In this document: piece by piece, positions 1-8,345 of the stretch | Layout: each line of letters begins with the position of its first letter | How positions within the stretch are numbered: position 1 is the first letter of the stretch | Assembly (NCBI GenBank): GCA_043800755.1 | Contig: JAZDMQ010000003.1 | Span: forward strand, 1-19,947 | Direction of reading: 5' to 3' | From: a bacterium | Lineage (GTDB): Bacteria > Methylomirabilota > Methylomirabilia > CAVQYV01 | DNA length: 19,947 bases | Translations under genes and position numbers: made by a program | Notes under the pieces: generated by a model | Seen by the model: the letters and a program-made list of their open reading frames with translations, nothing else | Database searches by the model: none | Told to the model about the DNA's origin: nothing

Positions 1-404
1 GAAAAGACCCCTAATCTCTTGCCGCTGGCCTTCAACTCTTGCAGAGTCCTCCTTACTTCCTGCGTTCTTGGATCGGACTCTATCACTGCCTTCAATCCGG
101 TTCGGTATTCCTTCAACAATTCGAGTCCCAAGAAGGCAGCCACCTCCGCAGGTATTCCCAGATGTCTCAGGGCCTCCTGTATGATCGGTTCCTCTTGAAA
201 GAAATGCCCAATATATGGGTAATCGACCTCTTTATTCGCCCTGGTCCACGCCTCAATCACCTTTGGCGTATCGATTGAGATGCGATGATCTGCAAATAGT
301 TTTCTAAACTCATCCTTTTCAAGCTCCATGACCTTCTGAAATGGATCCATAATCAAGGTGTTGCCTTGATCAAATACAACGGCTTCTGTCTTAATTCTCA
401 ACAT
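1..404 (-). CDS. HAD-superfamily hydrolase, partial (3' end runs off the window start); not in the ORF track
   Basis: Manual translation of the minus strand from ATG at 404 is open to the window edge: MLRIKTEAVVFDQGNTLIMDPFQK...LQELKASGKRLGVF(S). FDQGNTL is a HAD motif I variant (DxGxT) and GKRLGVFS is the typical lead-in to motif II. An SD-like GAAAGGA lies upstream of the ATG. Confidence 0.8.
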   Translation of the reverse strand, partial: MLRIKTEAVVFDQGNTLIMDPFQKVMELEKDEFRKLFADHRISIDTPKVIEAWTRANKEVDYPYIGHFFQEEPIIQEALRHLGIPAEVAAFLGLELLKEYRTGLKAVIESDPRTQEVRRTLQELKASGKRLGVF

Positions 405-520
405 TGTCTTCGTTCCTTTCCCCCCTATCGCCTGACCTCTCTGCCTCGCATCTAAGCCCTCACACTGTGTATTACGGGCTCGAACTCTCCACTTTTCGTC
501 CGATGCAGGCCTTGGCCGCC

Positions 521-1468
521 TCAGGTGTGGTTTCTCAGCATCATCTCCGCAGGGTGGGGGTTCAGATAGAGCTGCCTCTTTAGATAGGGCTCGCCATATT
601 TCCGGACATAGTGCTGGATCAGCACGATGGGGACGATGAGGGGCGCCAGGCTATCGTGGTAGGACTGGATCACCTCCGATAGCTCCTGCTTTTCGTCCGC
701 CGACAATTGCCTCTTGAAGTAGCCCATCATGTGCTGCAGGACATTGGTGTTCTTCTTGACCGTGGCGATGAGGCCCAGGCCCTCCATCAGGAGTTTCAGG
801 TATTCGGAGCGAAGCCGCTCCAGCCCATATTTTTTGCCTTGGGCCACCAGCTTTCCCAGCGAGGAGTAATGCCGGGGGCTGTGGGAGAGGATCAGGAGCT
901 TGTGATCGGTATGAAAATCCACCAGATCTCGGAGAGAGCCCCCCCTTCCCTCGAATTCCCTCCACCGCTTGAAGGCAAAGATCCGCTCGATGAAGTTCTC
1001 CCGCAGGGTCGGGTCCTGAAGTCGACCGTCATCCTCCACCGGCATCAGGGGAAAGCGTTCAGTGAAGGCCCGCGCAAAGAGGCCTACCCCCCGATGGCTG
1101 GGCATCCCGGCCTCGGTATAGACCTTGACGCCCTTCAGGCCTGAACTCGGGGACCTGCTCTTGAAGATGAAACCGCAGAGCCCCTCCCTTTCCAGTTCCT
1201 TCACCCTTCTCCCCGCCCATTCGAGCATCCCCTGGGTATGGTCGATGGCCGTCCGGAGGGTAACCAGGCGAGGGGCCTCGGGGTCGCCCACCAGGCGCAT
1301 CGCCTCTCTGGGGATCGGAAGGCCGTACTCCACCTCCGGGCAGACGGGCACCCACTCGAAATACCGTCCTAAGGTCTCGGTCAGGTATCTGTCCCACTTG
1401 TGCCCTCCATCGTAGCGGACCTTCTCCCCCAGCAAGCAGGAACTGATGCCTACTCTTGTCTTTTCCAT
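521..1468 (-). CDS. DUF523 (TudS-like thiouracil desulfidase domain) + DUF1722 (YbgA) fusion, RudS-like
   Basis: N-terminal GISSCLLGEKVRYDGGHK, VCPEVEYGLPIPRE and KSRSPSSG motifs of DUF523; C-terminal FHTDHKLLILSHS, NVLQHMMGYFK and YLNPHP motifs of DUF1722/YbgA; 315 aa fits the fusion. Confidence 0.88.
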   Translation of the reverse strand: MEKTRVGISSCLLGEKVRYDGGHKWDRYLTETLGRYFEWVPVCPEVEYGLPIPREAMRLVGDPEAPRLVTLRTAIDHTQGMLEWAGRRVKELEREGLCGFIFKSRSPSSGLKGVKVYTEAGMPSHRGVGLFARAFTERFPLMPVEDDGRLQDPTLRENFIERIFAFKRWREFEGRGGSLRDLVDFHTDHKLLILSHSPRHYSSLGKLVAQGKKYGLERLRSEYLKLLMEGLGLIATVKKNTNVLQHMMGYFKRQLSADEKQELSEVIQSYHDSLAPLIVPIVLIQHYVRKYGEPYLKRQLYLNPHPAEMMLRNHT

Positions 1469-1519
1469 CTCTGCCTTCTCAAGAGGTGCGTCCCTTCAGC
1501 CTAGCGGCAGACCATGGCT

Positions 1520-2338
1520 TCAACCAGATGGTTCGTGGTCAGGATGCGGCTTTGGACAAGACGGCCGGGCCTCAGGGGGGATCAGCCATCTATTGATGCC
1601 CAAGCCATAATGCTTCTTGTAGCGCAACAAGAACTCGCGGGAAAAGGATCGGCTGCCTTTCACGGTTTTGTCCACCACATACCGCTCTATTGAGGCTTCC
1701 AGGAACTGTTTCAAGAGCGGGATGGAGAGCTCAGCGAAGCTGATGTGCCAGGGCTCGTAGGCAAAGCCGCTCCTCGCTGGATCGTCGGTGTACACCTCAA
1801 GGAATCCATATCTGCTGGCGTTTTCTCTTAACCAGCGGGCCAAGCCTTCGAAGGGCCCTCCCTTCTCAAAGTACTTCCCCTGAAGAGGATCATCCTTTGG
1901 CTTTGGTCTTGCGGCGGCATCAATGACATCTGCCTCCGTGCCCCAGTGGTGCCTCGAGGTTCCGGGGATCGCACTATATTTCACAATTCTGGCAATCGCC
2001 TCTTCGGAAGACAGCCCCTCTGCAATATGGGCTTCGAACTTCCGATTCCATATCCTTCTCTGATGAGCAAAGTCCCGGTAGCTGGAGACGGCATCGATCT
2101 CGATCTGATCCCTCCTCGCCTCCCTTCTCATATCCGAGAAGGCCTCGAAGGCCAGTTTTCTCAATTTCAGGTGGGCACTGTCACCGCTGAGCGGAGGAGG
2201 CTCCTTTCCTACCAGTTCTTCCGTACTAACCGAGAGAGCCGCCTGATAGGGGAATCCACTGCGCACCCCTATGAATCCCTTGCCCAAGAGGGTCAAACTG
2301 CCGGCGGCGATGATCTTGATAAAATCTCTTCTCTCCAT
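1520..2338 (-). CDS. M15 family (VanY-like) Zn D-Ala-D-Ala carboxypeptidase with a twin-arginine signal peptide
   Basis: SSYR, PGTSRHHWGTEADV (SxHxxGxxxD) and YEPWH motifs. The N-terminus MERRDFIK plus a hydrophobic stretch resembles the Tat consensus. Confidence 0.88.
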   Translation of the reverse strand: MERRDFIKIIAAGSLTLLGKGFIGVRSGFPYQAALSVSTEELVGKEPPPLSGDSAHLKLRKLAFEAFSDMRREARRDQIEIDAVSSYRDFAHQRRIWNRKFEAHIAEGLSSEEAIARIVKYSAIPGTSRHHWGTEADVIDAAARPKPKDDPLQGKYFEKGGPFEGLARWLRENASRYGFLEVYTDDPARSGFAYEPWHISFAELSIPLLKQFLEASIERYVVDKTVKGSRSFSREFLLRYKKHYGLGINRWLIPPEARPSCPKPHPDHEPSG

Positions 2339-2371
2339 TGCTGTCTCCGAAGAGCCTTCGCTTTGACCTGG

Positions 2372-2400
2372 TATTTACTCCTCTCCCTTCCCCTTGTCAA
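2372..2400 (-). promoter_or_regulatory. Candidate sigma70-type promoter for the M15 peptidase unit
   Basis: Minus strand reads TTGACA (2400-2395), 17 nt, TAAATA (2377-2372), 33 nt upstream of the ATG at 2338. The -10 element is imperfect. Confidence 0.5.
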
Positions 2401-2459
2401 CCCGTTCCCCGGTCCAGCTCGGGTGAAGGACCTGAAGGCAAGGGTCGGGCCCCGATCCG

Positions 2460-2488
2460 TTGACCCGCGCCAAATCCCCTGCTATAAT
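2460..2488 (+). promoter_or_regulatory. Near-consensus sigma70 promoter for the acetamidase/formamidase gene
   Basis: TTGACC (2460-2465), 17-nt spacer, TATAAT (2483-2488), with an extended -10 TG at 2480-2481. An SD-like GGGGAG precedes the ATG at 2543. Confidence 0.8.
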
Positions 2489-2542
2489 CCCGCAGGATCT
2501 CTTGCGGTTTTGCTCGTATGATCTACTGAAAAGGGGGAGTCG

Positions 2543-3493
2543 ATGAAACGAATTACACGGGATCAGGCCAGGGTTTATGTGTTCGATCGCGCCCTTCCTC
2601 CCAAACTGCAAGTCGCCCCGGGAGAGCCATTCGTGGTGGAGACCGAGGACGCGGCCTCCGGATACCTGCGGGAGGAGGGAAAATCCCCCCTGGACCGTCC
2701 CCTCCTCGATACCTGGCCGCCCTCGGCTAATCCCGTAGGGGGCCCGATCTACGTCGAAGGGGTCAATCGAGGAGACCTGTTGGCCATCAAGGTTGAGGAT
2801 ATCCTGGTGGCCCAGGATCAAAGCTACACCTTTGCCGACCGCCGGGGGCCGGTTCACGACACCGCGAAGTGGGCCGAGGCGGCCCAGCCCTGGACCCATG
2901 TGCTGCGCCACGAGCCTGGGCCAAGCGGCACGATGCGGGATGGAAGGATCTGGTTCAACGAAAGGATCTCCTGGCCGGTTGCCCCTTTCATCGGCACCAT
3001 CGCCGTGGCCCCAGAGCGGGAGGTGATCACCAGCATTTTTGGCCAGGGGATTGGCGGGGGGAATCTCGACTGCCAGGATGTCAAGCCAGGGAACACCTTC
3101 TTCGTCAATAGCCAGAATGACGGGGGGCTGCTCTTTGTGGGGGATGTCCATGCCTCCCAGGGAGACACGGAGTTCTCCAGCGTGGCCGCCGAGACCCGAG
3201 CGGAGGTCACCCTCTCAGTAAGGGTCATCCCGGGCAAGAAGATCCCCTACCCCCGGATCGAGACGCCCACCAGCCTGATTGCCTTGTACAATTCCCGGCC
3301 CCTCGAACACGCGGTGACCAAGGCCTTCTTCCATCTGCTGGAATGGCTGGTAGAGGAGCATGGCATGAGCCAGCGCGATGCCTACCTGCAGATCGCGGTG
3401 AACCCGGGGGTCAGGGTGCACATCTACCAGATGATTCCGGAGATGCCCCTCTTTTACACGGCGGGGGTGGAGTTTCCGAAAGATTGTATTTGA
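2543..3493 (+). CDS. Acetamidase/formamidase (FmdA/AmdA) family protein
   Basis: NPVGGPIYVEGVNRGDLLAIKV, PFIGTIAVAP, GGNLD and LFVGDVHASQGDTE motifs; 316 aa; good SD. Confidence 0.88.
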   Translation: MKRITRDQARVYVFDRALPPKLQVAPGEPFVVETEDAASGYLREEGKSPLDRPLLDTWPPSANPVGGPIYVEGVNRGDLLAIKVEDILVAQDQSYTFADRRGPVHDTAKWAEAAQPWTHVLRHEPGPSGTMRDGRIWFNERISWPVAPFIGTIAVAPEREVITSIFGQGIGGGNLDCQDVKPGNTFFVNSQNDGGLLFVGDVHASQGDTEFSSVAAETRAEVTLSVRVIPGKKIPYPRIETPTSLIALYNSRPLEHAVTKAFFHLLEWLVEEHGMSQRDAYLQIAVNPGVRVHIYQMIPEMPLFYTAGVEFPKDCI

Positions 3494-3566
3494 ATCGCCG
3501 CAGATGCGGGTTGCCTGCTGGACCGAGGCCAGGGCCTGCCCCGCCGATTGCTTGCCCTCCAATAAG

Positions 3567-3618
3567 AAAGGCACCGGCGTCTCGCAGGATGAGATCCATC
3601 CGGTGCCTTTTCCTTTTC
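3567..3618 (+). terminator. Probable intrinsic terminator between convergent genes, possibly bidirectional
   Basis: Inverted repeat AAAGGCACCGG (3567-3577) / CCGGTGCCTTT (3600-3610) followed by TCCTTTTC and preceded by A-rich sequence. A second hairpin, CCCCTGC/GCAGGGG (3622-3640), lies just past the iolB-like stop. Confidence 0.6.
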
Positions 3619-3643
3619 TAACCCCTGCCTCGCGCAGGGGCCT

Positions 3644-4480
3644 CTATCTCTTCTCCCGAAGCTCCTCCGCGGGTTGCGGCTGGCCCTGCGTCTTCACCCA
3701 AGCGTGATCCGGATCATCGTACTGGATGAGCTGGCGGGACCTTCCCCCCAAGAGCCATAGATAGTAGAGGCGATACCCCGGGGCAGCCACCACAGGGTGA
3801 TAGCCTCCCGGCAGGCCAACCACCAGGTTGTCCCTCACCACCAGGGCCTCATCCAGCCCGCCCTCCGGGGTGTAAATCCTCTGCAGTCCGAAGCCTTGAG
3901 GCGGATCGAACCGGTAGAGGTAGATCTCCTCCATCTGGGTCTCGAGCGGAGGCCTCTCCTGATCGTGCTTGTGAGGCGGGTAGCTGGACCATTGGCCCGG
4001 GGCATTGTAGGTCTCCCCCACGATGAGCCGGCTGGCAGGCCGCTCCGGGGTGAGGATATCGTGGATCTCCCTCTGGAATCCCACCTCTCCCCGCTGGCTC
4101 ACCTTCACCTCTTCTGCGGGGATGATATAGGGTTCCCGATCTTCATCGCTCCTGGCCCGACAGAGGGCGATCTCCACCTCCCCGATGGCCGTGAGCTTAA
4201 AGGCACATCCACGCGGCAGGTAGGCGGCGGTGGCTGGCCCATCGAAGACATTCTTGCGCCGGCCCAGAAATTCCCATTTCTGCCCCCTGGCCTCCAGGTG
4301 GGCCATCCCCCCCAGGATGACTAGCAAGATTTCATCCTCCCCGGTCCTTGCCCGATAATTCTGAAAGGGAGACAGCTGCAGGATCCCGAACTCCAGGTGC
4401 TGCATCCCGGTCTTTCCCCGGCGGATGAGGGCGGTGTAGCCTTCCTTGGGCGAATAGAACACTCGTAGCTTCATCGGCAT
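3644..4480 (-). CDS. iolB: 5-deoxy-glucuronate isomerase, IolB/KduI cupin family
   Basis: GRRKNVFDG, RLIVGET, GQWSSYPPHKHD, EEIYLYRF, GFGLQRIY and GYHPVVAAPGY motifs are characteristic of IolB. SD GAGGAG lies upstream. Confidence 0.85.
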   Translation of the reverse strand: MPMKLRVFYSPKEGYTALIRRGKTGMQHLEFGILQLSPFQNYRARTGEDEILLVILGGMAHLEARGQKWEFLGRRKNVFDGPATAAYLPRGCAFKLTAIGEVEIALCRARSDEDREPYIIPAEEVKVSQRGEVGFQREIHDILTPERPASRLIVGETYNAPGQWSSYPPHKHDQERPPLETQMEEIYLYRFDPPQGFGLQRIYTPEGGLDEALVVRDNLVVGLPGGYHPVVAAPGYRLYYLWLLGGRSRQLIQYDDPDHAWVKTQGQPQPAEELREKR

Positions 4481-4490
4481 GGACGACTCC

Positions 4491-5363
4491 TCAGATCACT
4501 TTGTTCAGTGAGTACTCAATGATCCCCTCTGCGCCGGCGGCCCGCAGCTTGGGGATGATCTCCCGTACCACCTTCTCTGCCACCACCGTCTCCACCGCAA
4601 ACCAGTCCTTCTGATACAAATTGGAGATGGTGGGGGCGTTGAGGCTGGGCAGAATGGCCACCACCTGCTCCAGATCGGCAGCCGCGACATTCATCTTCAG
4701 CCCCACCAGCCCCTCGGCCTGCAGGGCCCCCTGCAGCAGCAGGGCAATCTGCTCGATTTTCGCACGCTTCCAGGGATCCTTCCAGGCCTTCTTATTGGCG
4801 ATGAGCTGGGGGTTCGATTGCATCAGCTCCTCGATGATGCGAAGGCCGTGGGCCTTGATGGTGCTCCCGGTCTCGGTCACCTCCACGATGGCATCGACTA
4901 ATCCCTCTGCCGCCTTGGCCTCGGTGGCCCCCCAGGAGAACTCGACCTCCACCTTGATATGTCGGGAGGCAAAGTATTTCTTGGTGAACCTCACCAGCTC
5001 GGTGGCAATCTTCTTGCCCTTGAGGTCCTCGATCCTCTGGATGGGCGATTCGTTCTGCACCACCAATACCCAGCGGGAGGGCCGCAGGCTCACCTTGGAA
5101 TAGATGAGATCGCTGACCACCGCCACCTCGGACTCGTTCTCCATGATCCAGTCCTTGCCGGTGATCCCCGCATCCAGGGTGCCGCTTTCCACATAGCGGG
5201 ACATCTCCTGCGCCCGGATCAGGGTACAGGAGATTTCCTCGTCATCGATGCTGGGAAAATAGTTGCGGGGGTTGACCGCAATCTTCCACCCCGACCTGGC
5301 GAAGAGGTCCAGGGTAGCATTCTCCAGGCTGCCCTTGGGCAGTCCCAATTTGATGCAATTCAT
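4491..5363 (-). CDS. hisG: ATP phosphoribosyltransferase, long form with C-terminal regulatory domain
   Basis: [35 protein letters not shown] and [12 protein letters not shown] motifs; C-terminal [10 protein letters not shown]...GAEGIIEY domain; 290 aa. The start overlaps the upstream stop (ATGA). Confidence 0.96.
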   Translation of the reverse strand: MNCIKLGLPKGSLENATLDLFARSGWKIAVNPRNYFPSIDDEEISCTLIRAQEMSRYVESGTLDAGITGKDWIMENESEVAVVSDLIYSKVSLRPSRWVLVVQNESPIQRIEDLKGKKIATELVRFTKKYFASRHIKVEVEFSWGATEAKAAEGLVDAIVEVTETGSTIKAHGLRIIEELMQSNPQLIANKKAWKDPWKRAKIEQIALLLQGALQAEGLVGLKMNVAAADLEQVVAILPSLNAPTISNLYQKDWFAVETVVAEKVVREIIPKLRAAGAEGIIEYSLNKVI

Positions 5364-6322
5364 GATTTGGCCTCCAAGACTTCCGGATTCACCACCAGCG
5401 TGGGCCGCTCGCCCCTCAGCACCTTGACCACCTGCTCGGCGGCGAAGACCGCCATATTGCGCATGGAGGTGGTGGAGTGGGCGGCCATATGCGGGGAGAA
5501 GATCACATTCTCCAACCCGAAAAGGGGATTCTGTGGGGAGGGAGGTTCGGGATCGGTGACATCCAGGCCAGCCCCGAAAAGCCTTCCCGATTGAAGGGCA
5601 TCCAGGAGGGCTTCCTCATCCACCAGGCCCCCGCGACCGGTGTTGATCAGGACTGCCCCCTTTTTCATCATCTCGAACTCCTTGGCCCCCAGGTACTTCT
5701 TGCTCTCCGGCAGCAGGGGGAGATGGAGGGAGATGATGTCGCAGGATTGGAGGATCTCGTCCTGGCCTGCGGGGATCACCCCTCGGCTTTTCATCTCCTC
5801 CGGGCGGAGATAGGGATCGTGGGCATAGACCTCCATTCCGAAGGCCAGGGCCAACTCCGCCACCCGCCTGCCAATGCGGCCCAAGCCGATCAGGCCGAGG
5901 GACTTCCCCTTCAGCTCGAAGAATTCGAGGGTGCGCAGGTCCCACCAGCGCCCCTTGCGGACCTCCCGATCCAAATAGGCAGTCCGCTTGCCCATGGCCA
6001 GCATCAGCAGGATGGCGTGCTCGGCCACAGACTCGGTATTCGCTCCGGGGGCAAAACAGACGGGCAGCCCTCGTTTGGTGGCCGCCTTGACATCGATATT
6101 ATCTACCCCCACCCCATGGCGCGCTACGCACTTCAGCCTCTTGGCCCGCTCGAACACGGCCTCCGTCAGGAAGCCCTTGTTGCGGATAATGATGGCCTCC
6201 ACCTCGGCTGCCTGCGAGGCAATCTCCTCTTCGGAATGGCCAGTGGCATAGACTACCTCGGCCACCTCTCTTACGAGCTTCACCCCATCGCCGTGGATGG
6301 GCTCCAACAGCAAGACATTCAT
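5360..6322 (-). CDS. D-isomer-specific 2-hydroxyacid dehydrogenase (SerA-like catalytic core without ACT domain)
   Basis: [18 protein letters not shown], Rossmann GLIGLGRIG, and catalytic NTGRG / DPEP / PHMA. The start is placed at ATG 6322 (MNVLLLEP) behind AAAGGT; the ORF track extends it to 6367. Confidence 0.9.
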   Translation of the reverse strand: MNVLLLEPIHGDGVKLVREVAEVVYATGHSEEEIASQAAEVEAIIIRNKGFLTEAVFERAKRLKCVARHGVGVDNIDVKAATKRGLPVCFAPGANTESVAEHAILLMLAMGKRTAYLDREVRKGRWWDLRTLEFFELKGKSLGLIGLGRIGRRVAELALAFGMEVYAHDPYLRPEEMKSRGVIPAGQDEILQSCDIISLHLPLLPESKKYLGAKEFEMMKKGAVLINTGRGGLVDEEALLDALQSGRLFGAGLDVTDPEPPSPQNPLFGLENVIFSPHMAAHSTTSMRNMAVFAAEQVVKVLRGERPTLVVNPEVLEAKS

Positions 6323-6410
6323 AGGGGACCTTTCTATATGCATCATTTTAGGCTCCCTCGCCCTCAAGTCCCAAAGATCAGATGCCGGGTGCCAGGAGCC
6401 CCCGACTGCA

Positions 6411-8042
6411 TTACTTATTCAGCAGCGGACAGAGGCCTCGGGCGATGATCACCCCCAAGCCTTTCCGGGTGAGCCCCTCTTTGAGGACGGGCTTGCTCTT
6501 TTCCTTGTCGAACATATCGATCGTCCGGACGAAGTCGATGGGCATGGCGCGAAGGATCGGCTCCAGTTCCACGGCCGGAACCTTTTCCCCCCGGGCATTC
6601 CTGGGAATCCCCGGATGGGGCTGGAGGCCGGTGAGGGCCGTGGTGCCGTTATCCAGGATAATCACCAGGATGTCGGCCCGGTGATGGACGGCATCGATCA
6701 GGGCATTGATGCCGGTATGGTAGAAAGAGGAGTCTCCGCAGGCCGCCACCACCCGTTCCTTGACCCCCGCCTTGCTCACGCCAGAGGCCAAGGCAATGCT
6801 GGCCCCCATGCAGTACTTGATGTTCAGGGTCTCAAAGGGGGGGAGGTTCAGCCGAACGGCACAGCCGGGATCGGCAGTGATGATCGGAGGAGGAATGGTG
6901 GCTTCCTGCGCCGCCTCGCGGATCGCCTCGAAGAGGGGGGTGTAAGGACATCCCTCGCAGAATCCCTTTCCTAAGGACCTCTCCTTTTTCTCCACCACGA
7001 TCTTGGCTCGATCCTCCTGCTCCAGGCCGCCCAGGAAACGCTCGAGTGCCTGGAAGATGTGATGCGAGAAGACCTCCCCTTCTCGGGGAAAGTCGCCGGT
7101 CAGCTTCCCCCGGATCTTCACCTTCAGGCCTCCTTCCTGGGCCAGAACCTTCATCCGCTCCTCCAGGAAGGGCTCGTTCTCCTCGAAGACCAATAGCTCC
7201 TCCAGGCCGGAGAGGAAGTCCAACAGGCCCTTGACCGGAAGCGGATAAAGGGTCCCCAGCTTAAAGAGGCTGAGGGAGCGGGCCGAGGCGGCTTTTAGGG
7301 ATTGGAATTTGTGCCAGGCCAACCCTGCACTTAGGAGGCCCCGGTTGCCCCTCTTTTCCATCCGGTTGAAGCGAGAGCCCTCGAATTCTCCCGCGATCTC
7401 CCGATCCCTCTGGTGGAGGCGGGCGTGATGCTCCAGGACATTGAGGGGAAAGGAGATCCATTTCTCGGTCGCCCGCGAGGGAAGCTTTGCCGGCTCCCAG
7501 GCCGATTCAGGAATATGGCACGGACCCTTCAGGCCCGAATAGCTCTGTACCTCCCGGACCATGACGGGCAAGCGGAACCTCTCCGAGAGGTCAAAGGCAT
7601 AGCACATCATCTCGTAGCCCTCCTGGGGCGAGGAGGGCTCCAGCATCGGCACCTCGGCAAAGGCCCCCAGCAGGCGGCTATCTTGCTCGTTCTGCGAGCC
7701 CCAGGCCCCGGGATCGTCCCCGATGAGCCAGACCATCCCGGCATGGGTACCGATCAGATTGGCCACCATGATGGGATCCATCGCCACATTCATCCCCACA
7801 CTCTTGGCACAGACCAGGGATCTCTTCCCCGCAATCGCCGCCCCGATCGCATTCTCCATGGCCACCTTCTCGTTGGCCGACCACTCGATGATGATCCCAT
7901 GATCTCTGCCCAGCCGCAGCAACTCCTTCACCACCCCGGTGCTGGGGGAGCCCGGGTAACTCGTCACCAGAGAGACCCCTGACTGCATGGCCCCCTGGGC
8001 CAGGGCTTGATCTCCGCTCAAGACCGTCTCTGTCATCTTCAT
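6411..8042 (-). CDS. iorA: Indolepyruvate:ferredoxin oxidoreductase alpha-subunit-like TPP enzyme lacking the C-terminal ferredoxin domain
   Basis: YPGSPST, EWSANEKVA, KSVGMNVAMD, GDDPGAWGSQNEQDSR, FCEGCPY, DPGC, TPP motif GDSSFYHTG...LDNGTTALTGLQPHP; ends at RGLCPLLNK. The second ATG at 8036 has better SD spacing. Confidence 0.85.
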   Translation of the reverse strand: MKMTETVLSGDQALAQGAMQSGVSLVTSYPGSPSTGVVKELLRLGRDHGIIIEWSANEKVAMENAIGAAIAGKRSLVCAKSVGMNVAMDPIMVANLIGTHAGMVWLIGDDPGAWGSQNEQDSRLLGAFAEVPMLEPSSPQEGYEMMCYAFDLSERFRLPVMVREVQSYSGLKGPCHIPESAWEPAKLPSRATEKWISFPLNVLEHHARLHQRDREIAGEFEGSRFNRMEKRGNRGLLSAGLAWHKFQSLKAASARSLSLFKLGTLYPLPVKGLLDFLSGLEELLVFEENEPFLEERMKVLAQEGGLKVKIRGKLTGDFPREGEVFSHHIFQALERFLGGLEQEDRAKIVVEKKERSLGKGFCEGCPYTPLFEAIREAAQEATIPPPIITADPGCAVRLNLPPFETLNIKYCMGASIALASGVSKAGVKERVVAACGDSSFYHTGINALIDAVHHRADILVIILDNGTTALTGLQPHPGIPRNARGEKVPAVELEPILRAMPIDFVRTIDMFDKEKSKPVLKEGLTRKGLGVIIARGLCPLLNK

Positions 8043-8100
8043 CCTTTCCCAAAAAGAGGGTTAAAGGGGTTCTCCTTATTCAGCAAATTAGGCATTTTTT

Positions 8101-8127
8101 GATATACCACCGGTGGGCTTTTGTCAA
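8101..8127 (-). promoter_or_regulatory. Candidate promoter for the iorA-like unit
   Basis: Minus strand reads TTGACA (8127-8122) then TGGTATATC (8109-8101). The spacer to TATATC is only 15 nt, so the call is tentative. Confidence 0.4.
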
Positions 8128-8297
8128 GGGAAAAAGGCGCCGGGGGGCAGAAGGGGCGAGGGCCCTGCCCCTCGGCCCCGGGCAAAAAAGGATTGCCTTG
8201 GCGAATATTTTATGATAAGAGACTTGACATGGAAGATTCCAGCCCAAGAGGCTGTGGGAGTCTTCAAGTGCGAAGATTTCCAATTGGGGCATTCGCT

Positions 8298-8329
8298 CGC
8301 AATCCCCGCAGCGCGCTGCGGGGATTGCG
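8298..8329. repeat. Perfect 32-bp palindrome CGCAATCCCCGCAGCGCGCTGCGGGGATTGCG
   Basis: The sequence equals its own reverse complement over 32 bp (checked base by base). It ends 16 nt upstream of the likely DUF1638 start. Confidence 0.9.
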
Positions 8330-8345
8330 CTCGCTGGGCACCTTC

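Noticed and set aside
39..278. 79-aa plus-strand ORF
   Set aside because: It is antisense to the motif-bearing HAD hydrolase frame and has no recognisable features.
5360..6322. Assigning the symbol serA
   Set aside because: The regulatory domains are absent and substrate specificity within this family cannot be read reliably by eye.
8043..8345. Cobalamin riboswitch upstream of the corrinoid block
   Set aside because: No B12-box-like conserved elements (GGGAA...GCCACTG) are recognisable by eye; an Rfam scan would be decisive.
8121..8345. N-terminal extensions in the ORF track (8121, 9074, 12297, 13405, 6367)
   Set aside because: The extensions are not family-like; downstream starts match the domain boundaries and mostly have better SD sequences or translational coupling.
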